DNA of 25,774 nt from a virus (Duplodnaviria; Caudoviricetes): the IMG/VR virus record IMGVR_UViG_3300037760_000086, positions 1-25,774 of that record, one strand, 5' to 3'. Position 1 is the stretch's first letter, and every line of letters starts with the position of its first letter. The position numbers and the translations under genes are program-made. Of this stretch, positions 16,126 to 24,245 are shown in pieces. Under the pieces are notes generated by a model, which saw only the letters and a list, made by a program, of their open reading frames with translations, did not search any database and was not told where the DNA came from.

Positions 16126-16863
16126 ATGGGATACGCGAAGCTATTTTCTGAACTCGTGACCTCGACCATTTGGTGCGAGGATGATCAGACGCGCATCGTA
16201 TGGATTACGATGCTCTCACAGGCGGATAAGAATGGTGAGGTGATGGCCAGCGTCCCTGGCCTAGCCAGGCTTGCCAACGTTCCTGTGGACGCAACCCGGA
16301 AGGCGATTCAAATCTTGTTGAGCCCTGACCCCGATTCGCGGACCCCTGACGATGAGGGCCGCCGAATCCAGCCAATCGACGGGGGGTGGATTCTTCTCAA
16401 CTATCAAAAATATCGAGAGAAGGCTTCCTCCTCCGACAGGGCAGAGAAGGCGCGAATTCGCCAACAGCGGTGGCGAGAAAAGCAGGAACGCAACGTTGCG
16501 AGTGACGTGACGGAGCGTGACGCGACACGCACAACGCCTGGCGCCACAAAAGCCGACACGAAAGCTGCCGACATTGCCGGAACGATCCTCTTGGCGTTGC
16601 CGGAGGCCCACCGGACCGACCAGCGCCTCCCGTTGGCCCTCCGGGAATACGTGGAGTACCGGCGCGAGCGTGGCAAGCCGATCACCAAGCTGGCGGCGAC
16701 TCGCCTGGCTTCGAAGCTCGCCGAGCATGACCCGGCGGAGGCGGGGGCTGCGCTGCAGACGAGTGTCGACCGGGGATGGACCGGGGTGTTCTTCGACGGC
16801 GATGATGCCAAGGCGGCGGGAGCCCATACCGCGCAACCAACCCTTGGCGATTGGGGCTATTGA
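16126..16863 (+). CDS. Phage replication initiator/replisome organiser-like protein
   Basis: YAKLFSELVTSTIW...WITML..AD..G.V.ASVPGLA...GGWILLNYQKYR N-domain, RQQRWREK helix, low-complexity linker with GTGAC repeats, C-domain EYVEYRRERGKPIT...SVDRGWTGVF. Confidence 0.75.
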   Translation: MGYAKLFSELVTSTIWCEDDQTRIVWITMLSQADKNGEVMASVPGLARLANVPVDATRKAIQILLSPDPDSRTPDDEGRRIQPIDGGWILLNYQKYREKASSSDRAEKARIRQQRWREKQERNVASDVTERDATRTTPGATKADTKAADIAGTILLALPEAHRTDQRLPLALREYVEYRRERGKPITKLAATRLASKLAEHDPAEAGAALQTSVDRGWTGVFFDGDDAKAAGAHTAQPTLGDWGY

Positions 16864-16864
16864 G

Positions 16865-17083
16865 ATGAGCTATCCACCTATCAGCCTTGCCGAGCAGCTC
16901 AAAGAACTACGCCGCGAGCTGGCCCAGAGAGAGCACCTGTATCCGCGCTGGATCGGCGAGGGAAAGCTCACCAAGGCCGTGGCGGACCATCGTATGGCAT
17001 GCCTTGTGAACACGATAGCGGCGGTTGAGAGCCTTGCCGAGGCCCTACGGAAGCGGATCGAGCTGACATTTTTTGACGACTAA
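16865..17083 (+). CDS. Conserved phage hypothetical protein
   Basis: MSYPPISLAEQLKELRRELAQREHLYPRWIGEGKL...; ATG at 16865 just after the initiator stop. Confidence 0.7.
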   Translation: MSYPPISLAEQLKELRRELAQREHLYPRWIGEGKLTKAVADHRMACLVNTIAAVESLAEALRKRIELTFFDD

Positions 17084-17757
17084 TGAAATCGAAACCCATT
17101 CTTTTTAGCGGCTCGATGGTCCGCGCAATCCTCGCGGGGAAAAAGCACCAAACTCGCCGCGTGATCAATAGACTATCCGGATTCGGGCCGATCACAGAAT
17201 TCAGGCAGAGCACTACGCGTGGCTATGATTACACGTTCCGGGACCGGAGAGCATGCTGGAATGATCTCCGAAAAGAGCGCGTCATGGACTGCTGTCCACA
17301 CGGCCAGGCCGGAGACGAGCTGTGGTGCCGCGAAGCGTGGAATGTCTACCACGTCTCAAAAGACGAATTTGGGAACGCGGAATTGGACGAACCTTACACT
17401 TACATTCCGCAGAATCGTCAAAGGCGTGGGTCGATAGAGTATCGAGCAGACGATCAGCTCGACGGCCCCTGGCGGCCCTCAATCCACATGCCGCGATGGG
17501 CGAGCCGGATCACACTGATGGTCACTGACGTGCGCGTTGAGCGCCTCCAGGAGATCTCTGATAGGGCCGCCATCGCCGAGGGAATCGAGTCAACGCCCCA
17601 TGGCTGGAGGCTGTATGGCCACGGCTTCACGTCGTCGCCAATTGCGAGCTTTCGCTCGCTTTGGGAGTTGATCAACGGGGCCGGATCGTGGGAGCAGAAT
17701 TCCTGGGTTTGGGTGATATCGTTTGAGCGAGTGCACGAAAAAAACACTAACCAATAG
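17083..17757 (+). CDS. ASCH/PUA-like conserved phage protein
   Basis: PILFSGSMVRAILAGKKHQTRR, CPHGQAGDELWCREAW, WRPSIHMPRWASRITL, VRVERLQEIS...AIAEG and WVWVISFER motifs. Confidence 0.85.
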   Translation: MKSKPILFSGSMVRAILAGKKHQTRRVINRLSGFGPITEFRQSTTRGYDYTFRDRRACWNDLRKERVMDCCPHGQAGDELWCREAWNVYHVSKDEFGNAELDEPYTYIPQNRQRRGSIEYRADDQLDGPWRPSIHMPRWASRITLMVTDVRVERLQEISDRAAIAEGIESTPHGWRLYGHGFTSSPIASFRSLWELINGAGSWEQNSWVWVISFERVHEKNTNQ

Positions 17758-17771
17758 ATAGGAAAATAGAC

Positions 17772-18071
17772 ATGAGGACACATACTGCAATGCAAGAGCG
17801 GACCGCCCTGGAGAACCCCTTGATCGCCCTACAGACGAAGCGTTACGAGGACGAGGAGGCGCCTGGAGCCTGGGCCGTCGAGCGCATATTCATCGACGAC
17901 GAAGACGCCAACGCGTTTCTCGAGCCGCAGCGGTACCGATACCCGGCGGAGACCGAGAGATTGGATTGGCGGCTTTACGCCATCCCGGCGGCGGGCCAAC
18001 TTGCGCGCATTGTCAAGGTGGCACGATGGGCGGCCGAGAAGGAGAAGGAGGAACCATATGGCGAGGGTTAA
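17772..18071 (+). CDS. Hypothetical protein
   Basis: 99 aa ORF in the co-oriented gene run with an A-rich leader. Confidence 0.6.
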   Translation: MRTHTAMQERTALENPLIALQTKRYEDEEAPGAWAVERIFIDDEDANAFLEPQRYRYPAETERLDWRLYAIPAAGQLARIVKVARWAAEKEKEEPYGEG

Positions 18072-18369
18072 GATCGAGCAGGAAGGTCCGGACGGATGGA
18101 CGAGGTGGGTGCCTCCGGTCATGACGGGCTACCGCCTGATCTGCTGCGATTGCGGACTGTCGCACGACATGGAGTTTGTTGTCGTGAAAGTTCTCCGACA
18201 CAACGAGGACGGGACATGGGAGCACTCGGATCCGCTTGACTCCGACCGCTATCGCGTGCTTTTTAAGGCGCGGCGAAACAACCGCTCAACGGCGAACTTA
18301 CGCAGAAACAAACCCAATAGAAACGATGATAGAGCAAATACGACAGATAGAGCAAAGCCAGGCTTCTGA
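18058..18369 (+). CDS. Hypothetical protein with CCDCGLSH metal-binding motif
   Basis: ATG at 18058 preceded by AAGGAGG; GWTRWVPPVMTGYRLICCDCGLSHDMEF. Confidence 0.7.
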   Translation: MARVKIEQEGPDGWTRWVPPVMTGYRLICCDCGLSHDMEFVVVKVLRHNEDGTWEHSDPLDSDRYRVLFKARRNNRSTANLRRNKPNRNDDRANTTDRAKPGF

Positions 18370-18778
18370 GGCCACCCGGAAGGCGATCGCCTCGTGGGGC
18401 CGAGCCGAGGACGCGATGGAAGAGGATTCGCGATTCTCAAATCAGCTCTTGGCCGAGACGGCACTGGACGAGGTGACCGCCAGGGCCAGAGCCTCCGTTC
18501 CCCCGCACGTTGCGACCGCGCTCGTGCTGGCCGGATTCCGCAAAGCCAAAGACACCTACTACACCGAGGGGCGCGATGGCCTGGACATGACCCTTGAGAG
18601 CCTCAAGCGCGACCTCAGGGCAAGCGCCTGCTCCTGCGGAGGCACGGGCCATGTGATCGATGGTCACCATCCCGGGGACCCGGCAGGGCCGAAACCTTGC
18701 CCAATTTGCAACTCAGGAGATGGCGAGGCCTACGAGGGATCGTATTCCGAGCCGATCCTTGGGAAGGATGACGCATGA
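18326..18778 (+). CDS. Hypothetical protein with C-terminal Zn-finger (CSCGGTG...CPIC)
   Basis: Start MIEQ at 18326 after an A-rich leader; DnaJ-like CxxGxG motif. Confidence 0.6.
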   Translation: MIEQIRQIEQSQASEATRKAIASWGRAEDAMEEDSRFSNQLLAETALDEVTARARASVPPHVATALVLAGFRKAKDTYYTEGRDGLDMTLESLKRDLRASACSCGGTGHVIDGHHPGDPAGPKPCPICNSGDGEAYEGSYSEPILGKDDA

Positions 18779-18987
18779 TTGGCGAATTATTAGGCGGCGG
18801 AGCCGATCTGACCGGACGGAAGGTTCGGGCCTTTGGCCGAGTCTGGGAGGTCGAGGAAAAAAACTACCTCGGTGACTGGACGGTCTTCCTATTCGAGGAT
18901 CGCCCAGACGGCAAATATCGGATTGTGACATCGATCGCTCCGGAGATTTTACCGCTTGATCACGGGCATTACGCAGAGCTTCTATAA
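18775..18987 (+). CDS. Hypothetical protein
   Basis: 70 aa, ATGA-coupled. Confidence 0.55.
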   Translation: MIGELLGGGADLTGRKVRAFGRVWEVEEKNYLGDWTVFLFEDRPDGKYRIVTSIAPEILPLDHGHYAELL

Positions 18988-19060
18988 TTTTGCCGGCCCG
19001 GTATAACCAACCAACCAAATGGTCACGGTTCCTTTGCAAGAGGCCGGGCCGGCAAACATT
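18986..19060 (+). other. Intergenic stem-loop closed by a 13-bp perfect inverted repeat
   Basis: TTTGCCGGCCCGG (18989-19001) pairs with CCGGGCCGGCAAA (19044-19056); the 42-nt interior contains CCAA x3 and can form an inner hairpin. Confidence 0.7.
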
Positions 19061-19066
19061 TTTCTT

Positions 19067-19744
19067 ATGATTGGAAACACCTGCCTGAGCTGCGGGCGAC
19101 CGCATACCCGGACCATCGCGCAGCCGCTCTGTCCTGCCTGTGAGGTCAACGCGGCAACCGAGAGGGCCAAGGCCACCGGCGAGGCCGCGCGCGAAGCACT
19201 GCGCAAGCTGGAGGGGCGCTGGGCGGCACTGTGCCCTATCCTGTACCGTCAAACCGACCGGACCAAGCTGCCGGCGGACGCCCAGCACGCGCTTCCAAGC
19301 ATCGACGGGTGGCATCCGAAGAGTGGCCGTGGCTGGACGTTCCACGGGCCGACTGGGGCCGGGAAGACACGACTCGCTTACCTTGCGCTCCGGCGAGCCT
19401 TTGACCTCGAGGCGCGGTGTGACATCCTCCCGGCACCCGAGATCCGGATCAAGCTCTGGCAGTCCTTCGAGAGCGCCAACAAGGTGCTCGAGAAGGCGGT
19501 CAAGCCGACTGTGCTCCTGATCGACGACCTGGGGCAAGGGGCCAAGAGCGAGCAGGCCGACGAGGTACTCCTGGCGATCCTCGAGCGCCGAGTGGCCAGC
19601 GGAAAGCCGTGCATTGTGACCACGCAATACTCGCCAGAGCGGATCATCGGGCGGTTTTTCAGCCATGAAATTGGCGAGGCGATTGTGCGGCGCATCGGGA
19701 ATAGCTTTGCCACGAGTGTCGGACTAGGACAAAACAAATCATGA
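19067..19744 (+). CDS. DnaC/IstB-like AAA+ helicase loader
   Basis: N-terminal CxxC...CxxC, Walker A GPTGAGKT, Walker B LLIDDLG, ILERR, CIVTTQY and AIVRRI. Confidence 0.88.
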   Translation: MIGNTCLSCGRPHTRTIAQPLCPACEVNAATERAKATGEAAREALRKLEGRWAALCPILYRQTDRTKLPADAQHALPSIDGWHPKSGRGWTFHGPTGAGKTRLAYLALRRAFDLEARCDILPAPEIRIKLWQSFESANKVLEKAVKPTVLLIDDLGQGAKSEQADEVLLAILERRVASGKPCIVTTQYSPERIIGRFFSHEIGEAIVRRIGNSFATSVGLGQNKS

Positions 19745-20283
19745 ATACGGATAGTGATACGGCTGGGCAGATAATCGACCTGGTGGCCGCCACGTTGGAG
19801 ATAACGGCGATCCATGGGCCAATTGAAGCGCGAAAAACCTTGGTGGAGCCGAAATCTTACCGCCTCATGATCAAGGCATCCAATGACGACGTGCCGTTTC
19901 TGCTAGGGGGCGCCGGCGCGAACATCCGGGCGGTCTCGGTGCTGGCCAACGCCTGCATGCCACGGTCCTCCTCTCTGAACATCGACATTTCAGGACCTAC
20001 GCACCATCACCCGCGCCGGGTTGTGCCGATCGACATCCCGCCGGCGGATCGCATGGAGCCAGAGTTTTCGGCTAAGCTGATCCGCGTCGTTGTCCTTTGG
20101 CATGTCTGCCTGACGCGTTTCCTTCCCATGATCGAGATCGAGTCGACACGATCCTGCGATTGCCTGATCGTGAGCGACCGGAACCTTTCCCCGGAAGCCT
20201 TGGGGGCATTGCGACGAGTGGTCGGATGGGCAGCCAAAACGCACGGCCGGATCGGATTTATCGAATGGCGGCGCAAAAGTTAA
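19741..20283 (+). CDS. KH-domain (KhpA-like) putative RNA-binding protein
   Basis: YRLMIKASNDDVPFLLGGAGANIRAVSVL matches the KhpA pattern (D-x-G-x-x-IGxxGxxxxAI); the C-terminal ALRRVVGWAAKTHGRIGFIEW resembles a second degenerate copy. Confidence 0.55.
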   Translation: MNTDSDTAGQIIDLVAATLEITAIHGPIEARKTLVEPKSYRLMIKASNDDVPFLLGGAGANIRAVSVLANACMPRSSSLNIDISGPTHHHPRRVVPIDIPPADRMEPEFSAKLIRVVVLWHVCLTRFLPMIEIESTRSCDCLIVSDRNLSPEALGALRRVVGWAAKTHGRIGFIEWRRKS

Positions 20284-20558
20284 GACTCGAGGCCTTCGTC
20301 GAGGACCCGCCATTCCGATGGCGAGTGGAGAGCCGTAGTCGCGAGATGACGCACCTGGTCGATATCGCGATGCACGCCGGCAACGGGAGCTGCTCCTGCG
20401 AGCATTTCCACTACGCACTGGGGCCGATCGTGCGGGCCGGCACGAGGAGGGGCGACAGAACGAGATGTCAGCATATTATCGTCGCCAGGCGAGCATTTAC
20501 CGATTGGATGATCCAGACACTAGCCCAAAAATTAGATGCGATGGAAGATAAAGAATAA
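20265..20558 (+). CDS. SWIM zinc-finger protein
   Basis: WRVESRSR...HLVD...GSCSCEHF...RCQHI gives the CxC-x(n)-CxH SWIM signature; start at ATG 20265. Confidence 0.75.
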   Translation: MAAQKLRLEAFVEDPPFRWRVESRSREMTHLVDIAMHAGNGSCSCEHFHYALGPIVRAGTRRGDRTRCQHIIVARRAFTDWMIQTLAQKLDAMEDKE

Positions 20559-21036
20559 CCGTGGGACAGCATTCGAGCGCGAGCTTGGGCTGCTCTTCGA
20601 CGCCTATCGGGGCGCGAACAGAGCCGACATCCAGAAGGTCGAGGCCCCGACGAAGGTGTTCGGGGCCGGGAAGGCCAAGCGGACCATCCACCTGACCAAC
20701 CCGTTCCTCGACTACGTCGGGGCCTGGACAGAACGGAGCGGACGGATGATCCAGCTCGAGGCCAAGCACACGGAGAGCCCCCGCCTGGCACTGGGCGGCG
20801 CCGACGGGCTGACCCGATCGCAATGGGACGCGGCCAGGGCCTGGGACAAAGCCGGCGCCATGGTCCTCCTCCTGTGGCAGTACCGCGACGAGGTGAGAGT
20901 GACGACCCCGCACCTGGCCATGCACGCGGCGCAGATCAACGGACGCAAATCGATTCGATGGGCGGACGCCTACCGGATGCCGGCGGGCCTGGGATTTATC
21001 AGATATGATCCTCTCGCCTGGGCGGATCAACTTTGA
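20536..21036 (+). CDS. recU: RecU-family Holliday junction resolvase
   Basis: NRGTAFE, IQKVEAP, LDYVG and LEAKHT motifs of RecU. Confidence 0.85.
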   Translation: MRWKIKNNRGTAFERELGLLFDAYRGANRADIQKVEAPTKVFGAGKAKRTIHLTNPFLDYVGAWTERSGRMIQLEAKHTESPRLALGGADGLTRSQWDAARAWDKAGAMVLLLWQYRDEVRVTTPHLAMHAAQINGRKSIRWADAYRMPAGLGFIRYDPLAWADQL

Positions 21037-21398
21037 TGTTGCGCGGGCAAGCAGAATCATTCATGGTGCCATTCATGCCGACAAAACTCAAAGCTAAGGG
21101 CCGCCATCGCGGGAACGCCAAGGACCTCAGCTCGGCGGCCCTCCGGTATATCCGGGATTATGCGCATGCTAACCCTGGGACGATCCAGCGGATCTCCGAC
21201 ATTATCTCCAAGTACAGCACCGAGCGGGTGAGCCGCCAGATGGTAAGCCGATGGTTGGCCGAGGACCCTACCAAGCGCGTCCAGCCAACCCACGGCTACG
21301 CAATCCTACTCAACCAGGCGATGGCGATCCTCCAAGAGGAAGAACAAAGAATCCGGGATGCCGCCGCTGAGATCAAACAACAACAAAAACGAAAATGA
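21036..21398 (+). CDS. Putative HTH DNA-binding protein
   Basis: GTIQRISDII...VSRQMVSRWL is an HTH-like pattern; start uncertain. Confidence 0.55.
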   Translation: MLRGQAESFMVPFMPTKLKAKGRHRGNAKDLSSAALRYIRDYAHANPGTIQRISDIISKYSTERVSRQMVSRWLAEDPTKRVQPTHGYAILLNQAMAILQEEEQRIRDAAAEIKQQQKRK

Positions 21399-22324
21399 TA
21401 GAATTCGAAGACCACCCACTAGCCGACATCTTTCCTCTCATGACCGAGGGCGAGATCCAGGACCTGGCGCTCTCGATTGAGCGCACGCGCCAACGCGAGC
21501 CGATCGTGCTCTACCAGGGGATGATCCTGGACGGGCGCAACCGTTACCGGGCCGCGAAGCAAGCTGGCTTGCCACCCGTCACGAGGATCTACGACCCGGA
21601 GCGAGACGGCCATTCGCCGTTGACCTTCGTCATGGACCAGAACCTCGAGCGGCGCCACCTGACCGTCGGCCAACGGGCCGCGGCGGCAGCGGCAGCGCTC
21701 AAGGCGCAGGAGAAGGAGGCCAAGGCGGCAGCCGAGAGAGCGTGGAAGGCTTCGCAGGAAGCCGAGGCCAAAGGCCAGGAGCCCCCTGAGCCGGAACCAA
21801 AGCCGAAGAAGAAGACGCAAAAGGAGGTGGCGAAGCAGATGGGCGTGTCGGAGGACTCGGTGCAGCGGGCCAAGGCCCTTCAAGAGGCGGACCAACAGGA
21901 ATTCGAGGCCGTGGCCAAGGGCGAGAAGACACTCCACGAGGCAACCGAAGCAGCCGAGGCAAAGCAGGCGAAGGACCTGCGCAAGGATTCCCTCCGAGAA
22001 ATCGCGGAGGTGTGCGGCAAGGAGTTTGCCGACCACGTCGCGGTCAAATCTATTCTCCGGAGCGATCCTGAGATCATCGCCTTCATGGCACTCGACGACT
22101 CTGAGAAGCGCATGGTTCGGCCATTGATAGGGATCGGATGGAAGGTCAAGCGAGCCTTGGCGTTCTCGCTCGACAAGCTCAACGCCTCTTCCTCGATCTC
22201 CGATTTGATCAATAAAGCAATCGGCGCAGGGGGCGATGAGTTCGTGGTCGAGATTAACGGATGGGAGATTTCAGCCATCCAAATCGACCAGAATCCTAAA
22301 ATTACCAAGACGGACAAGAATTAA
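21395..22324 (+). CDS. ParB/Srx-like N-terminal domain protein with HTH
   Basis: HPLADIFPLM...EPIVLYQGMILDGRNRYRAA, NLERRHLTVGQRA and TQKEVAKQMGVSEDSVQRA. Confidence 0.85.
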   Translation: MIEFEDHPLADIFPLMTEGEIQDLALSIERTRQREPIVLYQGMILDGRNRYRAAKQAGLPPVTRIYDPERDGHSPLTFVMDQNLERRHLTVGQRAAAAAAALKAQEKEAKAAAERAWKASQEAEAKGQEPPEPEPKPKKKTQKEVAKQMGVSEDSVQRAKALQEADQQEFEAVAKGEKTLHEATEAAEAKQAKDLRKDSLREIAEVCGKEFADHVAVKSILRSDPEIIAFMALDDSEKRMVRPLIGIGWKVKRALAFSLDKLNASSSISDLINKAIGAGGDEFVVEINGWEISAIQIDQNPKITKTDKN

Positions 22325-22340
22325 GAGGAACAGCAACAAA

Positions 22341-22387
22341 ACCGCAATTGCGGTCTCTTGCGAGAAATTCCGACAAGCTACGATAAT
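22341..22387 (+). promoter_or_regulatory. 14-bp palindrome followed by a putative promoter
   Basis: ACCGCAATTGCGGT (22341-22354); TTGCGA (22358-22363), 18 nt, GATAAT (22382-22387); ATG 7 nt downstream at 22395. Confidence 0.55.
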
Positions 22388-22394
22388 TAGACTT

Positions 22395-22667
22395 ATGAAA
22401 TTGAAAGAATTCCCAGAGCAGACCGTTGTAATCGCCAAGGACCAACCGGAATACCTGCCGATCCCGGCGCACCAATTCGACGAACCTGCCGGGCGGATCG
22501 CATTCTGCTGGAAGCTGACGTTGAAGGAGCGCCTGACAGTTTTATTTCAAGGGCGGATCTGGCATCAAGTCATGACCTTCAAACAGCCGTTGCAACCCCA
22601 GCTCCTGACGACGGAAAAGCCCGAAATGGGCCATGCTTTCACGCCTTCGAAGGCACCAACCAAATGA
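22395..22667 (+). CDS. Conserved phage hypothetical protein
   Basis: MKLKEFPEQTVVIAKDQPEYLPIPAH...CWKLTLKERL...TFKQPLQPQ; start at ATG 22395. Confidence 0.75.
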   Translation: MKLKEFPEQTVVIAKDQPEYLPIPAHQFDEPAGRIAFCWKLTLKERLTVLFQGRIWHQVMTFKQPLQPQLLTTEKPEMGHAFTPSKAPTK

Positions 22668-22685
22668 TAGGAAAAACAATAGATT

Positions 22686-24245
22686 ATGAACAAAGGCTTC
22701 GCTTTAAGAGACTACCAGAAGCGCTTCGCCCGCAGCGTAGTCGACGGATTCACCGTTGGCCACGCCGGCCAAGGACCCTTTACCCGGCAACTCGGCATCG
22801 CAGCCACCGGGGCCGGCAAGTCGATCGTAGCATCGGCCTTAATATACTGGATGCGCAAGCGGGCCCTTGGTCGGTCCCTGTTCTTGGCCGACACCGACGA
22901 GTTGGTGCAGCAGGCCAGGGAGAAGATCTACGAGTCAGCCGGTGTGATTTGTGATATCGAGAAGGCGGAGAACAAGGCGTCCATGGATGTCAATGTTGTG
23001 GTTGGATCGGTCCAGACCATGGGGCGGAGGCATACCCGATTCCCGCGGGACCACTTTAAGCTGGTGATCGCAGACGAGGCGCACTGCAGCCTTGCGAAGC
23101 AGTATAGATCAGTTCTCGAGTGGTTCAACGGCGGCGGTGCTTGGATCTTGGGAATCACTGCCACGCCGGAGCGCGGGGACGGCCAGAAGTTAATGCACTA
23201 CTACGAGCACCTCGCGGCCGAGATTGGGCTTTTCGAGCTGATCAACGCCGGGCACCTGGCGCCGCTCACCGTACAGGTGTGTCCCATCCGGATCGACGCA
23301 ACCGGGATCGCGACCAAGAAGACCGGGATTAACAAGGGTGAGTTCGACGCCAACGACCTTGAGGAAACGATCGAGCCATACTGGGAAGCGATCATCGACG
23401 AGTGGCAGCAGCACGCCAGCGACCGGAAAACCCTGATCTTCCACCCGAGCATCAAGGCCAGCGAGCGCTTCACTGGCTTGATGCAAGCAAGGGGAATCAA
23501 GGCAAAGCATGTCTCGGGCGTTGAGCGGGGCCGAGCAGAAATCATCCGAGGATTTTCCAAGGGTTCAACCCAGGTCCTGAACAACGCCCAACTCCTCACA
23601 AAGGGCTTCGATGTTCCCGACATTTCCTGCATCATCAACCTGCGACCGACCAAAAGCCGGACGCAATACCTGCAGATGATCGGGCGAGGGACCCGGACCG
23701 CCCCGGGAAAATCAGATGCATTGATCCTAGATTTCCTCTGGCAATTCCAGGAACTCGGCATCATGCGCCCATCCTCCCTCTTGGGCGACGATGACGACCA
23801 AGAAGAGGCCGTGGCGCAGGTCCTCGCCGACGGTAAGCGACGGACCCTGACCGGCGCGTCCGAGGAGGCCGAGCGCGAGCGTGAGCTAGCCGTGATCTCC
23901 CGGCTGCGCCAGGCGGCGGACCACGGCGCAGTCGGCCGTTACGACGCCAGAGACTTGGCCGCGCTGATCCACCAGCCGGACCTGATCCATTACCAGCCGC
24001 GAGCCAAGTGGGAAAAGCTCCCCATTACGCCGGCGCAACGCCAGATCCTCGGCCGCCACGGTGTGGATGTCTCGACGGTCACCGGGCTGGGACACGCCCA
24101 CAAGATTCTTGAGGCATTGATCGCTCGACGAAACCAGGGCCTCGCTGACACCAACCAACTCCGGGAGCTGCTCTTGGCCGGGCATCCCGACGCAGCCAGC
24201 CTGCGGTATAGCCAGGCCAAGGAAGCACTCAAATCGATAGCATGA
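22686..24245 (+). CDS. SF2 DExH helicase (ResIII + Helicase_C, RadD/Irc3-like)
   Basis: LRDYQ, ATGAGKS, IADEAH, GITATPER, LTKGFDVP and YLQMIGRGTR motifs; C-terminal TPAQ/DTNQ repeats. Confidence 0.92.
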   Translation: MNKGFALRDYQKRFARSVVDGFTVGHAGQGPFTRQLGIAATGAGKSIVASALIYWMRKRALGRSLFLADTDELVQQAREKIYESAGVICDIEKAENKASMDVNVVVGSVQTMGRRHTRFPRDHFKLVIADEAHCSLAKQYRSVLEWFNGGGAWILGITATPERGDGQKLMHYYEHLAAEIGLFELINAGHLAPLTVQVCPIRIDATGIATKKTGINKGEFDANDLEETIEPYWEAIIDEWQQHASDRKTLIFHPSIKASERFTGLMQARGIKAKHVSGVERGRAEIIRGFSKGSTQVLNNAQLLTKGFDVPDISCIINLRPTKSRTQYLQMIGRGTRTAPGKSDALILDFLWQFQELGIMRPSSLLGDDDDQEEAVAQVLADGKRRTLTGASEEAERERELAVISRLRQAADHGAVGRYDARDLAALIHQPDLIHYQPRAKWEKLPITPAQRQILGRHGVDVSTVTGLGHAHKILEALIARRNQGLADTNQLRELLLAGHPDAASLRYSQAKEALKSIA

